From IMG/VR virus record IMGVR_UViG_3300022468_000772, positions 86,224-150,223 of that record: 64,000 nt of DNA; one strand, written 5' to 3'. This DNA comes from a virus. Its lineage: Duplodnaviria; Heunggongvirae; Uroviricota; Caudoviricetes. The notes under the pieces are model-generated. The model made no database searches. It saw nothing but the letters and a program-made list of their open reading frames with translations, and was not told the DNA's origin. This document shows, one piece after another, positions 63,195 through 64,000 of this stretch. Every line of letters begins with the position of its first letter. The first letter of the stretch is position 1. The position numbers were made by a program, and so were the translations under genes.

Positions 63195-63926
63195 TTACAA
63201 ATCTTCTTCATGAACGTTTGTCGGATAGTGACCAGTAATATGAGCGTCCCATACGTTGATCATATCACCATTATGATCTTGATATCGCTGCGGTTTGTGA
63301 TGAATTCGCAACTCATGACCACGGTGAAGAAGAATTTCTTTTTCACCTGGATTGAAACTGTGTTTCATCATAGAAATCGCATGTGTCCCCTTTGGTACAT
63401 GAATGCGTAACATATGTCTAGCAGTGTCTTCATCACCAATCTTTATAGCTCCATGTTTTTCATCATCTGGATGTGGATACTGTAAAGACGCAAATCCTGC
63501 AGCCTGCTTAATACTCGTTGATGTGGATGTGTATGCTGGCATATGAACATCCACATGTGATTCACCTTCAGCCTTGTTTTTCATGTGCTGACTAGGCGAC
63601 CAGTTAATACCCGAGTACACATGAAAATCTTTTTTGGTCTTATGTTTTTCCAAAACTTTATCCAAATGCTCTACACTCTTGGAAGCAGATTCTTTCCAAG
63701 AGTGTCCATTGTGGTAATTAATAAGTGGTAAATTTGTTGGCTTACTATCATCAGCATAATCACTCAAAACTACCTTTTCTGGTTCGGAAATTTTTTTCTG
63801 ATCTACTTTATTTTCTGAATGAATTTCAGTGTGTTCAGCTTGACTACGCTCAACATCATCCGCCATACGACCTTCTGACAAAGACTTTTTCTTGTCGTCT
63901 TTTAACTTAGAAGCCTTCTCAGTCAT
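63195..63926 (-). CDS. putative ADP-ribosyltransferase-like protein (Alt/Mod-like); frame stays open to the window end, so the gene may start beyond 64000
   Basis: K/E/D-rich N-terminus; FHVYSG ... AYTSTSTS ... PGEKEILLHRG resembles the (R/H)-STS-ExE order of R-S-E class ARTs. Confidence 0.3.
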   Translation of the reverse strand: MTEKASKLKDDKKKSLSEGRMADDVERSQAEHTEIHSENKVDQKKISEPEKVVLSDYADDSKPTNLPLINYHNGHSWKESASKSVEHLDKVLEKHKTKKDFHVYSGINWSPSQHMKNKAEGESHVDVHMPAYTSTSTSIKQAAGFASLQYPHPDDEKHGAIKIGDEDTARHMLRIHVPKGTHAISMMKHSFNPGEKEILLHRGHELRIHHKPQRYQDHNGDMINVWDAHITGHYPTNVHEEDL

Positions 63927-64000
63927 TGTCAGGCTATGTTTACCGTGACCAACAAATACCGATGGTAATTTAAGGCTACGCGCTTTTTTCTTCTCGTATT

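Overview
This window is a T4-like (Straboviridae-type) lytic myovirus genome segment, about 40% GC, with no integrase or CRISPR array. It has three parts.

Positions 1-13 kb, plus strand, carry T4 replication and repair core genes: a tRNA-Met, a GroES-like co-chaperonin, a 5'-nucleotidase, a YqeY-like protein, DenV, clamp-loader gp44 and gp62, RegA, DNA polymerase gp43, UvsX and helicase gp41. Three likely mobile or acquired genes are inserted here: two GIY-YIG Seg-like homing endonucleases flanking gene 43, and a NADAR-family gene translationally coupled between genes 44 and 62.

Positions 13-23.4 kb, plus strand, carry a tail-fibre/baseplate-like block: coiled-coil and beta-repeat fibrous proteins, a protein with about 27 tandem 22-aa repeats, a His-rich protein-kinase-like protein, and a PAAR-like spike tip.

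Positions 23.5-64 kb, minus strand, hold a long array of early genes. About 17 copies of a conserved extended -10 promoter and 5' leader motif drive this array. The array encodes terminase large subunit gp17, ssDNA-binding protein gp32, DNA ligase, dCMP deaminase and many small unknown proteins.

The most interesting content is a set of candidate counter-defence and host-takeover modules:
- a macro-domain protein plus NADAR, which could reverse DNA ADP-ribosylation;
- a PnuC-NadR nicotinamide-riboside to NAD+ salvage pair, plus a Nudix hydrolase;
- an RNA-repair set: a P-loop kinase, a metallophosphoesterase, an Rnl1-like ligase and an Rnl5-like ligase;
- a SpoT-like small alarmone hydrolase;
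- a 675-aa vWA-domain protein operon;
- an SPFH lipoprotein;
- a secreted TAXI-type solute-binding protein with membrane partners;
- an Alt/Mod-like putative ADP-ribosyltransferase at the window edge.

All protein calls come from reading translated ORFs against remembered family motifs. No database search was possible, so distant-family calls need HMM confirmation.
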